A stretch of DNA of 64,000 bases, from assembly GCA_043809315.1 (NCBI GenBank), contig JAZDDX010000017.1, positions 1 through 64,000 of the forward strand, given 5' to 3'. Within the stretch, counting starts at the first letter, position 1; every line of letters begins with the position of its first letter. This document shows positions 50,476 through 59,702 of this stretch, piece after piece. Source of the stretch: Pseudomonadota bacterium (GTDB taxonomy: Bacteria > Bdellovibrionota_G > JALEGL01 > DATDPG01). The notes under the pieces are model-generated. The model saw only the letters and a program-made list of their open reading frames with translations. It was not told the origin of the DNA and did not search any database. The position numbers and the translations under genes are program-made.

Positions 50476-51405
50476 ATGCGGAACGAAGCCAACTGGAACC
50501 GGCTTTATTATTTCTGTGAAATTGCTCGCGAAAAATCGCTCAAAATTGCGGCGGAGAATCTCGGCATCACCCCATCGACCCTTAGCGAGCACCTTTCGCA
50601 GCTGGAGGAAAGCCTTCAGGTGGCGCTGTTTCTTCGCCGTCATCGAAAACTCATTCTGACACCGCAGGGCGCCAACCTATACCAACACATCCGCCCGCTG
50701 TTTGAGGCGGGACAACGCCTCATGGATGTGGTTTCCCCGCTCCCGTTGGGCTGCTATCCGATCGCGGTAGGGATTGTTCCCGGAACAACGCGCGTCGTCG
50801 GATCCCCCCTTCTTCTCCAGTACGTGAAACGATTCGGTCCCTTTAACCTGAACTTTTCCCAGACCACGCAGGACGGGCTTGAGCGCGGTCTTCTCGAAAC
50901 CGAATTCGATTTCGGAATTTGTCATCGTGCGCCGGAGCGACGGGACGTCACGGCGTGCCGGATCAGTTCCTCCCCCGTCCGTCTTTTCGTCACGAAAAAG
51001 ATGGCCGGTCGGTCGGCCCGGGAGCTCTTCAAGACCCTTCCCATTCTCTCCTGGAAAGAGGATTCGGGCAGCGGCGGGAGCCTCGACAAGTTTTTGGGAG
51101 AGGCCGATCTCCATTCGGTCGCGCGCGTAACCGGTGAAGACATGATCACGCTTCATCAGTTCTGTGAGGCGGGCCTCGGCATCGGTGTTTTCAGTGAGGC
51201 TTTCGTCAAAGGGCTCGGCTCACGCCTGGTTCCACTGCGAATCAAAGGGGAGAGCACGATCCGGATGGAAGAAGCATATGTCGCTTGGTTCAAGGAGGCG
51301 GAGAAGACGGCGGCAATTCAACACCTTCGCCAGTTACTCAAAAACCTGGGGATGCTGCGGAGGCCGTTTTCGCATGGAGTCGAGATTGAAGAGGCTGTGG
51401 CATGA
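50476..51405 (+). CDS. LysR family regulator (NhaR-like N-terminus)
   Basis: NWNRLYYF..IA...S...AA..L.ITPSTLS.HL..LE..L...LF.R; start chosen at 50476. Confidence 0.85.
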   Translation: MRNEANWNRLYYFCEIAREKSLKIAAENLGITPSTLSEHLSQLEESLQVALFLRRHRKLILTPQGANLYQHIRPLFEAGQRLMDVVSPLPLGCYPIAVGIVPGTTRVVGSPLLLQYVKRFGPFNLNFSQTTQDGLERGLLETEFDFGICHRAPERRDVTACRISSSPVRLFVTKKMAGRSARELFKTLPILSWKEDSGSGGSLDKFLGEADLHSVARVTGEDMITLHQFCEAGLGIGVFSEAFVKGLGSRLVPLRIKGESTIRMEEAYVAWFKEAEKTAAIQHLRQLLKNLGMLRRPFSHGVEIEEAVA

Positions 51406-51427
51406 CATCCGACGAGAAAGGTGAGCG

Positions 51428-51724
51428 ATGACCTTATTTACAGTGCTGGCTCGAATTACTTGGGTCTTTTTGGGGCCGGGCATGATGCTGATCGTGCTCG
51501 TCAAGAATCTGAGCCACTCCAAATCGGGTGTCGACTCGATCTGGACTTTCATTTATTTCGGGCTCTTGGCCGCTGTGATCCTGGGTCGGCTGATCGAACA
51601 GCGATCTGGAGCGGCCACGACTGCCAAAGGGGAACCATCCACATGGCGCCACTACTGGCGCTTTGCGATCATCTTTACGATTGTTTCCGTCGCATGCTGG
51701 GGAGGTGTCCAACTCGTCCCCTGA
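51428..51724 (+). CDS. Small membrane protein (3 TM)
   Basis: Three hydrophobic segments; AAGGTG SD. Confidence 0.65.
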   Translation: MTLFTVLARITWVFLGPGMMLIVLVKNLSHSKSGVDSIWTFIYFGLLAAVILGRLIEQRSGAATTAKGEPSTWRHYWRFAIIFTIVSVACWGGVQLVP

Positions 51725-51870
51725 CGCGGAAATGGGGGTCAGCGTGTATTCTCCTATCCCGGAAGGTTTCCAGAATTCCGGGTTCCTTCTCTTCCTTGAT
51801 CATTTCCAGGGAAGAGAGCGCTGACCCCCAATTTCTGTAGTAGTTCTTGCTCGTGTGGGTAGAAAAGATC

Positions 51871-53139
51871 ATGTCTTGGTCAAGGGGAATCGAAATCGCT
51901 GCCACGGTTCTTTTTGGATTTGCGATCGTCCATACGTTTTTATGCGGCTACTTCCGTCACTGGTCCCATCGCTTTCCTGAGGGGTCGGTCAAAGAAAGCT
52001 TCCTTCATCTGCTCGGGGAAGTGGAAGTGGTCTTCGGGTTCTGGGCGGGCGTGTTGTTTTTGATGATGGTGATCTGGGTTGGGTCCGATCGAGCCATTCA
52101 ATACGTTGAAAGCCGCGATTTTACGGAACCTCTGTTTGTGTTTGCGATTATGGTTGTTGCGGCGACCCGTCCCATCGTAGGTGCCGCCGGCAAAATTATC
52201 GTCCTTTCGGCAAGGTTACTTCCGCTTCATCGCGAAGTCGGAATTTACCTATGCTGTTTGGCCATTGGGCCGCTCCTTGGCAGCTTCATTACCGAACCTG
52301 CGGCCATGACGGTTGTCGCTCTCGTTTTAAGGGAACGGTATCTGCGCCGGAACGTTTCCGTTCGTTTCAAATATCTGACGTTGGCCGCACTTTTCGTGAA
52401 TGTGTCGATCGGTGGTGCGTTGACCCCCTACGCCGCTCCTCCCATTCTCATGGTGGCGGGGAAATGGAACTGGGACGTAGCGTTCATGTTGACGACGTTT
52501 GGCTGGAGAGTGGCGATTGCCACGTTGGTCAATGCTGCCATCGGAGCCGCTCTGCTATCTTCCGAATTGAAAGCTCTTCCTATGCGGGAACGTGTTCAGA
52601 ACATGCATGCTCCGTTGTGGCTGACGGGCGCGCACCTGACGTTCTTGATTGTTATCGTCGTTACCGCACATCATCCGGCAGTCTTCCTTGGTGCGTTTCT
52701 CTTTTTCTTGGGAATTACGACCATTACGGCTGGGTATCAGGACAGCCTAAAGATTCGCGAGGGCCTATTGGTTTCCCTGTTCTTGTCTGGCCTTGTCGTG
52801 CTCGGGGGGCTTCAATCGTGGTGGCTGGAGCCTCTGCTGCACAGACTGGACGCTTTTCCACTCTTCGTTGGCACGACGTTTTTGACGGCGATCACCGATA
52901 ACGCCGCCCTGACTTACCTTGGGTCCCAGGTGGAGGGAATGACCGAACATCTCAAGTATGCGCTCGTAGCGGGAGCCATCGCCGGGGGGGGACTTACGGT
53001 CATCGCGAACGCTCCGAACCCCGCAGGGTACTCAATTCTGCAGGACACATTTGGTCCGGATGGCATAAGGCCGCTGAAGCTCTTCCTTTTTGCTCTCCCG
53101 CTGACCCTGATCACAATGACGTGCCTGTGGATACTCTGA
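51871..53139 (+). CDS. Putative Na+/H+ antiporter (DUF1504-type, IT superfamily)
   Basis: HLLGEVEVVFG, FTEPLFVF, GSFITEPAAMT, TDNAALTYL, TVIANAPNPAG. Confidence 0.85.
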   Translation: MSWSRGIEIAATVLFGFAIVHTFLCGYFRHWSHRFPEGSVKESFLHLLGEVEVVFGFWAGVLFLMMVIWVGSDRAIQYVESRDFTEPLFVFAIMVVAATRPIVGAAGKIIVLSARLLPLHREVGIYLCCLAIGPLLGSFITEPAAMTVVALVLRERYLRRNVSVRFKYLTLAALFVNVSIGGALTPYAAPPILMVAGKWNWDVAFMLTTFGWRVAIATLVNAAIGAALLSSELKALPMRERVQNMHAPLWLTGAHLTFLIVIVVTAHHPAVFLGAFLFFLGITTITAGYQDSLKIREGLLVSLFLSGLVVLGGLQSWWLEPLLHRLDAFPLFVGTTFLTAITDNAALTYLGSQVEGMTEHLKYALVAGAIAGGGLTVIANAPNPAGYSILQDTFGPDGIRPLKLFLFALPLTLITMTCLWIL

Positions 53140-53289
53140 TGCCGCTCCATCGGACTTGCCGCTACAGCGCGGGACTCTCGTTACATCTCTTTTGAATCTC
53201 TCTGCTTTCGGCGGCGGCGGAAGTGCAGGACCACGTGGAGACGCTACAGCAGTCGGACGGTGAGATAACCATTGGTAGCGGACTGAACG

Positions 53290-54990
53290 TCAGTCCGATA
53301 TCCGGGCACGGATACGCGACGCATGTGTCTGGATGACACCAGCGCTGGAACCGTGGCGGTCCATGATCCGAGTGGTTAACTGGACGGCCGCCTCCAGTTC
53401 CGCAGGAACCACTTCCGTGGCCCCCGCGGCGATCAGATCCGCAAGATCCCCCAAGTACTGCGATCGGACCAGGATCGGAAGCGCCGGGTAACGGCCGCGG
53501 GCGAACCGAACGGCGCGCTCCGCTGCTCGGGGATCGTTGATGGTCAGAACCAACTCGTGTGCGCGCCCGGCACCAAGATGTTCCAGGATCTCGGGCGCGG
53601 TGATGTCGCCGAAAAACGCGGGTTCCCCCGACTCCGTCGCGCGCCGCACGCTCTCCGGGTTCAGATCCACGATCACGTAATCGATTTCACAGGACTTCAG
53701 GGATTGTGCCAACTCCTGCCCTGCGACCCCGTACCCGGCAATGATGACATGACCCTGGAGAGGAAGAAGCTTCTGTGTGTCGTCCGCCGGTGTCCGAACG
53801 CCGAGCAGGCGCGTGAGCGAACGCATGCGACCGGCCCCAGCGGCGATACCCGGGCCCAAGACCAGGAGAAACGGTGTCAGGACCATCGAGAGAATGATGG
53901 CGGCCATCAAATGGGCTTGCAGAAGTTCGGGGATAAGATCCGTCCCCCGCGCCGCGTGCAGGAGGACAAATGCGAATTCCCCGACCTGGGCCAGAGCCGC
54001 CCCGGTCAGAACGGAGACACGCAGCGGGAAGCGAAGGAGTGCCCCCACCGCGACCGTCACAAGAAACTTGCCGCCGACGATCGCCGCCAGAAGTGCCGCC
54101 ACAAAACCAGCCTCCCGGGTGAGGCCGCCGACGTCCAGGAGCATTCCGATGGAGACAAAGAAGAGGCTGGTGAACACCTCGCGGAAGGGAATCACGTCGG
54201 CCAGAGCCTGATGGCGATACGGCGTCCCCGACACCACCAGGCCGGCCAGAAAGGCGCCCAGCGCCGGGGAAACGCCGGCGTTGGCAACCAGCCACACGAT
54301 CCCCCCGCAGACCACGAGCACGGCCAGCACGAACAGATCCCGCTGCCGCGTCCCCGAAACCCAGTGAAGCACTCGGGGCACCAGAAAGCGGGCACCTACG
54401 AACGTGACGGCAACCAGGGCCACGGCTTTGCCGATGGCGAGCCAAGAGACCACGAGGGACGTGGCGTCGGCCTCGCCCGCCAGCAGGGGCAAGACAAGGA
54501 TCATCGGAATCACCGCCAGATCCTGGAAGATCAGAATCCCCAGCGTGAATTGGCCGTGGGGCGCATCCACCTCGCCCCGTCGTTGCAGGCCGCGCAGCAC
54601 GATCGCCGTGCTGGAGAGAGCCAGGAGAAACCCGAGGAAGATGGCGGAGCGCACGGGGACACCCAGCCACCGCGCCACCGCGAACGCCAGCGTCGAGGTC
54701 GCCGCCACTTGAAGGAATCCCCCCGCCAGAATCGCCCGCCACAGGCGATGCATGCGGTCCACGGAGAGTTCCAGTCCGATTCCGAACAGAAGGAGGTTGA
54801 TGCCGATCTCGGCCAGAAGATCGACTTCCGTCGCATCCGACACGATCCCCAGGCCGTGCGGCCCGACGAGGCCACCGGCCACGATAAACGCCGCGATCGG
54901 GGGAATCCGCAGGCGCTGGAGCAGCGCGACCACGACGACCGCGATGGCCAGGATCAGAAGAAGACTCTGCAGGAGGTGAAGGCCCGGCAT
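53290..54990 (-). CDS. CPA2 (Kef-type) cation/H+ antiporter with TrkA-N/RCK domain
   Basis: LSSTAIV, ILIFQD, LGAFLAG, QVGEF; IIAGYGVAG. Confidence 0.92.
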   Translation of the reverse strand: MPGLHLLQSLLLILAIAVVVVALLQRLRIPPIAAFIVAGGLVGPHGLGIVSDATEVDLLAEIGINLLLFGIGLELSVDRMHRLWRAILAGGFLQVAATSTLAFAVARWLGVPVRSAIFLGFLLALSSTAIVLRGLQRRGEVDAPHGQFTLGILIFQDLAVIPMILVLPLLAGEADATSLVVSWLAIGKAVALVAVTFVGARFLVPRVLHWVSGTRQRDLFVLAVLVVCGGIVWLVANAGVSPALGAFLAGLVVSGTPYRHQALADVIPFREVFTSLFFVSIGMLLDVGGLTREAGFVAALLAAIVGGKFLVTVAVGALLRFPLRVSVLTGAALAQVGEFAFVLLHAARGTDLIPELLQAHLMAAIILSMVLTPFLLVLGPGIAAGAGRMRSLTRLLGVRTPADDTQKLLPLQGHVIIAGYGVAGQELAQSLKSCEIDYVIVDLNPESVRRATESGEPAFFGDITAPEILEHLGAGRAHELVLTINDPRAAERAVRFARGRYPALPILVRSQYLGDLADLIAAGATEVVPAELEAAVQLTTRIMDRHGSSAGVIQTHASRIRARISD

Positions 54991-55042
54991 AAAAGGTGAT
55001 TCTTACTATGAAAGATGCGCCCATCGACTGCAAATGAACGTT

Positions 55043-55564
55043 TCAGTCAACGCGTCGATTCTTACGGACGCGAAACTGCAGGACCACGCGGAGGCGCCAC
55101 AACAACCGGACGGTGACATAGCCGATCACGGACGCCGCAACGGCCAGAACCAGACTGCCCAGCAGCAGAGGCTGCCAGATCGAGCTCAACCGGCCGGTCA
55201 ACCATTCCACGGACATCTCGAACACAAGGTTGTTGCGAACACGCGTTCCAAGGATCCAGGACCCCAGCCGGTATGCGCCGTAGAAGATCGGCGGCATCGT
55301 GACCGGGTTGGTCAACCAGACCAGGGCCACCGAGATGGGCAGGTTGACGCGAAACCATACCGCACAGGCGGCGGCCGGAATCATCTGGAAGGGCATCGGG
55401 ATCATGGCCCAGAACAATCCGACCGCGACCCCCCCCGACGCCGATTGGCGATTGAAGTGCCAGATGTTTGGGTCGTGAAGAAGGGTGCCGAGAAACTGGA
55501 GACGCTTGTGTGTGCGGACCTTATGATGGTCCGGCACCCAACGCTCGATGAGCTTCTTAGGCAC
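55043..55564 (-). CDS. DUF2062 family membrane protein
   Basis: LHDPNIWHFNR, GLFWAMIPMPFQ, NLPIS..LVWLTNP.T. Confidence 0.85.
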   Translation of the reverse strand: MPKKLIERWVPDHHKVRTHKRLQFLGTLLHDPNIWHFNRQSASGGVAVGLFWAMIPMPFQMIPAAACAVWFRVNLPISVALVWLTNPVTMPPIFYGAYRLGSWILGTRVRNNLVFEMSVEWLTGRLSSIWQPLLLGSLVLAVAASVIGYVTVRLLWRLRVVLQFRVRKNRRVD

Positions 55565-55631
55565 GGTGCTTGAGATTCTAACACGGCGTTGCCCAAGATG
55601 AGCCGATTACCTCCGGCTTGACGCAAGCGGA

Positions 55632-55850
55632 TGTTGACCCCGTATTTTGGACACCGATTCCACAAATGGATAGGAGCGGTGTCGATAACAAAGCGGTATC
55701 CGAAGGAGGTGAAGGAAAAGGTTCTGGCCAAGATTCTGGCGGGTCAACTGACACAGTGGCATCGTTCGTTTCGGCAATTCCCCCCCCCGTCGGTATCGTT
55801 GTATATGCGAAGATATGAACAAATGAAAAGCCCTCTGATCCGGGGCTTGG
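55632..55850 (+). pseudogene. IS3-family remnant (left end + OrfA HTH fragment)
   Basis: TGTTGACCCCGTATTTTGGACA resembles an IS3 terminal IR; KRYPKEVKEKVLAKILAG resembles an OrfA start; no OrfB. Confidence 0.5.
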
Positions 55851-55858
55851 GCGGGACG

Positions 55859-56212
55859 CTATCCGCGCATTGCCCGAATTTGGGCGAGGACGCCTCGTTT
55901 GCGAGGTCTCTTTCTCAGTCGAACCTGGGTCTCTTCCGCCGCCTGGACGATGGAGTCCACCCATTCCTCACCAAACATGATCTTGAGCTGCTCGATGACC
56001 GATTTTCGCTGAAAGGTGGAGACGGATACACCCTCCATGGTGGCGGCTCGACGGATCAGATCAGCGATAGGTTTGTCGTTGTAGCGAGTAATTGCCACGA
56101 GTTCAGGGCCCTTCTTGGTCCCCTCTTTCCTCTCTTGGTTCACCATCCGCTCGAGCACTTCGGGCATGGCCTTTTCAGAAGGGATTCGGTTTGTTCTACG
56201 TCGCCTAGGCAT
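55859..56212 (-). CDS. Putative ribbon-helix-helix (DUF1778-like) DNA-binding protein
   Basis: ATG 56212 with AAGGAG SD; LIRRAA.MEG.SVS.F.RKS. Confidence 0.55.
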   Translation of the reverse strand: MPRRRRTNRIPSEKAMPEVLERMVNQERKEGTKKGPELVAITRYNDKPIADLIRRAATMEGVSVSTFQRKSVIEQLKIMFGEEWVDSIVQAAEETQVRLRKRPRKRGVLAQIRAMRG

Positions 56213-56621
56213 GGTCTTTTCTCCTTTTGGAGGGCGGATCACCGAAGACAAGATCGGTCACGATCAGCCAATAGAGAAAGGCTCTTCCCGAAGCAAATTG
56301 AAGCTCTTCCATTCGTTCATAAAAGGCGTCAGCAAGCGTCGGTTCAAGCCGCACGTAAAGAGAATAGATCGGACGTTCATCGTGCCAGGGGAGGGTCTCT
56401 TTCTTGGGTGTCTTCAGCTGCTTGGGCTTTCGCTGTGCACCTCGCTGCAGGAGATCTTTCGTGATGAGATGCCGCAGATAGTCAGACGTCGTTCGTAGCG
56501 ATAGTTCGCCCCTTCGTTCGTGGATCCCATCCGCCAGAGTGGGTTCGATGCGCGTGTAGAGCGTGAGGGTCCGGTCCTCCCCGGCCCAGGGGAGATTGTC
56601 TTCTCGGGGACCTCGTTCCAC
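56205..56621 (-). CDS. Protein with an internal tandem duplication (double RHH-like)
   Basis: NLPW....TLYTRIEPTLADG.....YLRHLITKDL / TLPW....SLYVRLEPTLADA.....FLYWLIVTDL. Confidence 0.6.
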   Translation of the reverse strand: MERGPREDNLPWAGEDRTLTLYTRIEPTLADGIHERRGELSLRTTSDYLRHLITKDLLQRGAQRKPKQLKTPKKETLPWHDERPIYSLYVRLEPTLADAFYERMEELQFASGRAFLYWLIVTDLVFGDPPSKRRKDHA

Positions 56622-56777
56622 ATTGACATATGAATCACAAAGCGGGCGATTTGTCTCTGAAATCCCCGAAAATTCTCAAGTAGGTCGAGCCAGACACAGT
56701 CGACTGTCGGCAGAAACCCATTGAAAACATGCATGAAATCCAAAAAATATCTTATTGCAAACGACTCAAAGACAATA

Positions 56778-56819
56778 CAAATGAGTTATATTGACAAATG
56801 ACTCATACGTAGTCATAAG
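56778..56819 (+). promoter_or_regulatory. xis-int promoter with operator-like repeats
   Basis: TTGACA(56791)-17-CATAAG, overlapped by CAAATGA(G/C)T direct repeats and an ATGACT..AGTCAT palindrome. Confidence 0.55.
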
Positions 56820-56866
56820 GGGGTTGTGGTCGGCCTATGCCGAGTCGTAACGAGAAGGAGGAAGCG

Positions 56867-57109
56867 ATGAACATGAGAGAAGACGTCGTGCTGGCGACAA
56901 GGGCACCTGTACACAACCCTTCGGACTGTCTGATGACCGTCCCCGAGGTGGCGGCGTATCTCCGATACAGCCTCGGATATACGCGGAACCTCGTCTGGAG
57001 GAACGAGCTTCCCGTCATTCGGCTTTCCACAGGCGCAGTACGATGCCGGAAACAGGATCTCGAACGGTGGATCGCCGAGAGGAGTTATGCCGCATGCTCC
57101 ACGCATTGA
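56867..57109 (+). CDS. Excisionase-like HTH_17 protein
   Basis: LMTVPEVAAYL..S...R..V....LP.IRL..G.VR....DL..WI. Confidence 0.88.
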   Translation: MNMREDVVLATRAPVHNPSDCLMTVPEVAAYLRYSLGYTRNLVWRNELPVIRLSTGAVRCRKQDLERWIAERSYAACSTH

Positions 57110-58317
57110 AACTGTTGCCCTCCAAAAAGGAACGGTACGTTCGGATCCGAAACTGTCCAGGGATCTCCCGCCTCGAAAAATGGGACGCTCGAAAACAGAG
57201 ATGGATCGACCCTCGGACCGACTCTTCTTCGCGGGCGAAGGTGTTTCGTGCCTACCGGCGGATTCAGCAACTTGGGAAGAGTCTGCTTCAGAAGAGACAC
57301 TTCCGGACGATCGATGACGCCCGCCGATGGCGGATGGAGCTGAATCCCGAGCCGGGGAAGGGAAGGGCGGCGCAAATCACGCTCCGCGAGGTGATCGGAG
57401 AGTGGCGGGAGTGGTCCAAGCCCCCGCGTCTTCGGAAGACATCTTGGCTTCAGTACGCAAAGGACATCGGGCATCTGGAGCCCTTATGGAATGCGCCGAT
57501 CGAGGCTCTCACGGCCCGGGACATCGATCTTTGGCTGGCCCATCTCAAAGATCCCTCCTATCCGAAGCAAAGAACCCGCGTTTCCTTTGCGCGTGAGGTG
57601 GGGACACTCCAGACGATTTGCAAGTGGTACCGCCAGTATCGGAACGAAAAATTTCAGCACCCGATTTTGCCGCGCCACAAACAGGATTCTCATTTTCGTG
57701 AAGATCCGCCCTCGGGTCAGGAAGTTCTGACGGAGAAACAGGCGGAAGAGTTTCTCTTGTTGATGGTCGGCCGCCACGCGGATGCATACGGCCGAACGGC
57801 AGCTCTTCAACTCTTTGCGGGGCTTCGGATCGGGGAGGCATGTGGTCTCAAATGGGACCGCGTCGATCTGGAGAACCGTACGCTGATGATCCGCAGGTCG
57901 TGCACGTGGCCCCAGCCGGCCATGAGGCCGGAGATGCAGGAGCAGATCAAGACCGCCGCTAGCGCGCGGGACATCCCCATCGTGGACCGACTCTTTGAGC
58001 TTCTCGTGAAATGGAAAGCCGAAGACGGGGAGATCGAACTTGTCTGCCATCGAAACGGTCGTCTGATCCGTCGAAACTCGGTGGCGTCCGCGTATGCAAA
58101 AGTGTTCCGGATGATGGGCCTTCGCATGAAAAGCGTGACGCACAGTCTTCGACGCACCTTTGCGACCCTTCATGCCGAGCAGACACACGACCTGGTTTCT
58201 ACTCAGACCCTTCTGGGGCACACCGATATCCAGACGACGCAGATTTACGCCAAAGTGACCGATGCGGCGGTGCGGAGATCGATGCCGAATTTCTCGTTTG
58301 GGACGAAAAAAGAATGA
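57094..58317 (+). CDS. int: Tyrosine integrase
   Basis: GLRIGE (R), IKT (K), HSLRR (HxxR), LLGH, TQIYA (Y). Confidence 0.95.
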   Translation: MLHALKLLPSKKERYVRIRNCPGISRLEKWDARKQRWIDPRTDSSSRAKVFRAYRRIQQLGKSLLQKRHFRTIDDARRWRMELNPEPGKGRAAQITLREVIGEWREWSKPPRLRKTSWLQYAKDIGHLEPLWNAPIEALTARDIDLWLAHLKDPSYPKQRTRVSFAREVGTLQTICKWYRQYRNEKFQHPILPRHKQDSHFREDPPSGQEVLTEKQAEEFLLLMVGRHADAYGRTAALQLFAGLRIGEACGLKWDRVDLENRTLMIRRSCTWPQPAMRPEMQEQIKTAASARDIPIVDRLFELLVKWKAEDGEIELVCHRNGRLIRRNSVASAYAKVFRMMGLRMKSVTHSLRRTFATLHAEQTHDLVSTQTLLGHTDIQTTQIYAKVTDAAVRRSMPNFSFGTKKE

Positions 58318-58386
58318 AACCTGTAACCGGATGCAACCGAAACGGAGGTGCCGAGATGTTTCGCCCTAAGAATTCCGAGGACTTAA

Positions 58387-59686
58387 GGCTCTACCTCAAA
58401 TAACGGGGCAAGGCGCGGATCGGGAGTAAATTCCCGATCTTTAAACCTTCGGTCAGAAAGGAGATGCGCCTATGCCCCTGGAGGAGTCTATCGTTCATTT
58501 GCCGGGATTCAAGGTGGAACGGATTGAGGGAATGGATCCGGTAGAGGTGGAGGTTCGGTATACCGAACCGGCCCGTTGTCCGGAATGTGGCGATCGGCAC
58601 GTTCGGATCAAAGCTCAATATTTTCGCAGAGTTCGACACGAATCGATCGGATCGAGAGCCTGTTACTTACGAATCCGAGGGAGAAAGTATTTCTGCCGAA
58701 GCTGCCGGAGGTATTTTCACGAGAGATACCCGGGAATCCGTCTGTACCGGCGCTCGAGTGAGGGATTCCGGCTCGAGGTGTTCCAGAAGCATCGGGACGG
58801 GATCAGCCAACGAATCCTTTCGAAGCAGAACCAAATCGGCCATGCGACGATCGAGCGCTGGGCACATGATTACTGGGGGAGGAAGGCGGCGGAGATCCGC
58901 AACAATCCGGCTCCTCGAGTCTTAGGGATCGACGAGCATTTCTTCTCCCGAAAGCACGGGTATGCCTCCACGTTTTGCGATCTCAGGCGACAACGGATTC
59001 ACGACGTGGTGCTCGGAAGATCGGAAGCGTCGCTGAAGCGGTACTTGGACCGGCTTCCAGGGAAAGAAAAGACCCAGGTCGTGGTCATGGATTTATCCGA
59101 GATCTACCGAGCGATCGTTCGCAAATACTTTCCCAACGCCAAGATCGTAGCCGATCGGTTTCATGTGATCCGGTGGGTGAACCATCAATTTCTAAAGGCC
59201 TGGCAGCAGCTGGATCCATCGGGCCGAAAGAACCGAGGACTCTTATCGCTCATGCGACGACACGAGGAGAATCTCTCGGAGGGGCAGAAGATCACGCTCC
59301 GGGAATACCTGAAAGCGCAGGGAGTGTTGGAGGCGATCTATGACTTTAAGCAGGAGCTTTGCCGATTGCTTCGCATCAAGCATCAGACCCAGTGGGAGTG
59401 CCAGAAATGGATCCCCAAGCTCCTGGAGATGATCGAGCAACTCAAGGCCGCGCCGATCGAGGCGCTGTCTTCCCTCGGGAAGACACTCCATAACTGGAGA
59501 GAAGAAATCGTGCGGATGTGGCGATTTACCAAGACCAATTCCATCACGGAAGGATTCCACACCAAGATGGAGATGATCTCCCGACGTGCCTTCGGTTTCC
59601 GGAACTTTGAAAACTATCGTTTGAGAGTCCGAGCGTTATGTGGTTAGTCAGAAAATACTGCCTGCCCCGGTATTCGGGGAAGAGCC
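58387..59686 (+). mobile_element. ISL3-family insertion sequence (1300 bp) with 8-bp target duplication
   Basis: IRs GGCTCTACCTCAAATAACGGGGCA / GGCTCTTCCCCGAATACCGGGGCA (20/24 match); TSD GGACTTAA at 58379-58386 and 59687-59694. Confidence 0.95.
58472..59647 (+). CDS. ISL3 family transposase
   Basis: CPECG zinc ribbon, LGIDE, VMDL, DRFHV, TNSITEG, AFGFRNFENY. Confidence 0.97.
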   Translation: MPLEESIVHLPGFKVERIEGMDPVEVEVRYTEPARCPECGDRHVRIKAQYFRRVRHESIGSRACYLRIRGRKYFCRSCRRYFHERYPGIRLYRRSSEGFRLEVFQKHRDGISQRILSKQNQIGHATIERWAHDYWGRKAAEIRNNPAPRVLGIDEHFFSRKHGYASTFCDLRRQRIHDVVLGRSEASLKRYLDRLPGKEKTQVVVMDLSEIYRAIVRKYFPNAKIVADRFHVIRWVNHQFLKAWQQLDPSGRKNRGLLSLMRRHEENLSEGQKITLREYLKAQGVLEAIYDFKQELCRLLRIKHQTQWECQKWIPKLLEMIEQLKAAPIEALSSLGKTLHNWREEIVRMWRFTKTNSITEGFHTKMEMISRRAFGFRNFENYRLRVRALCG

Positions 59687-59702
59687 GGACTTAAAAATAA
59701 AA

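Noticed and set aside
55631-56464. 277-aa plus-strand ORF
   Set aside because: Chimera of an IS3-like fragment and the antisense of two minus-strand genes
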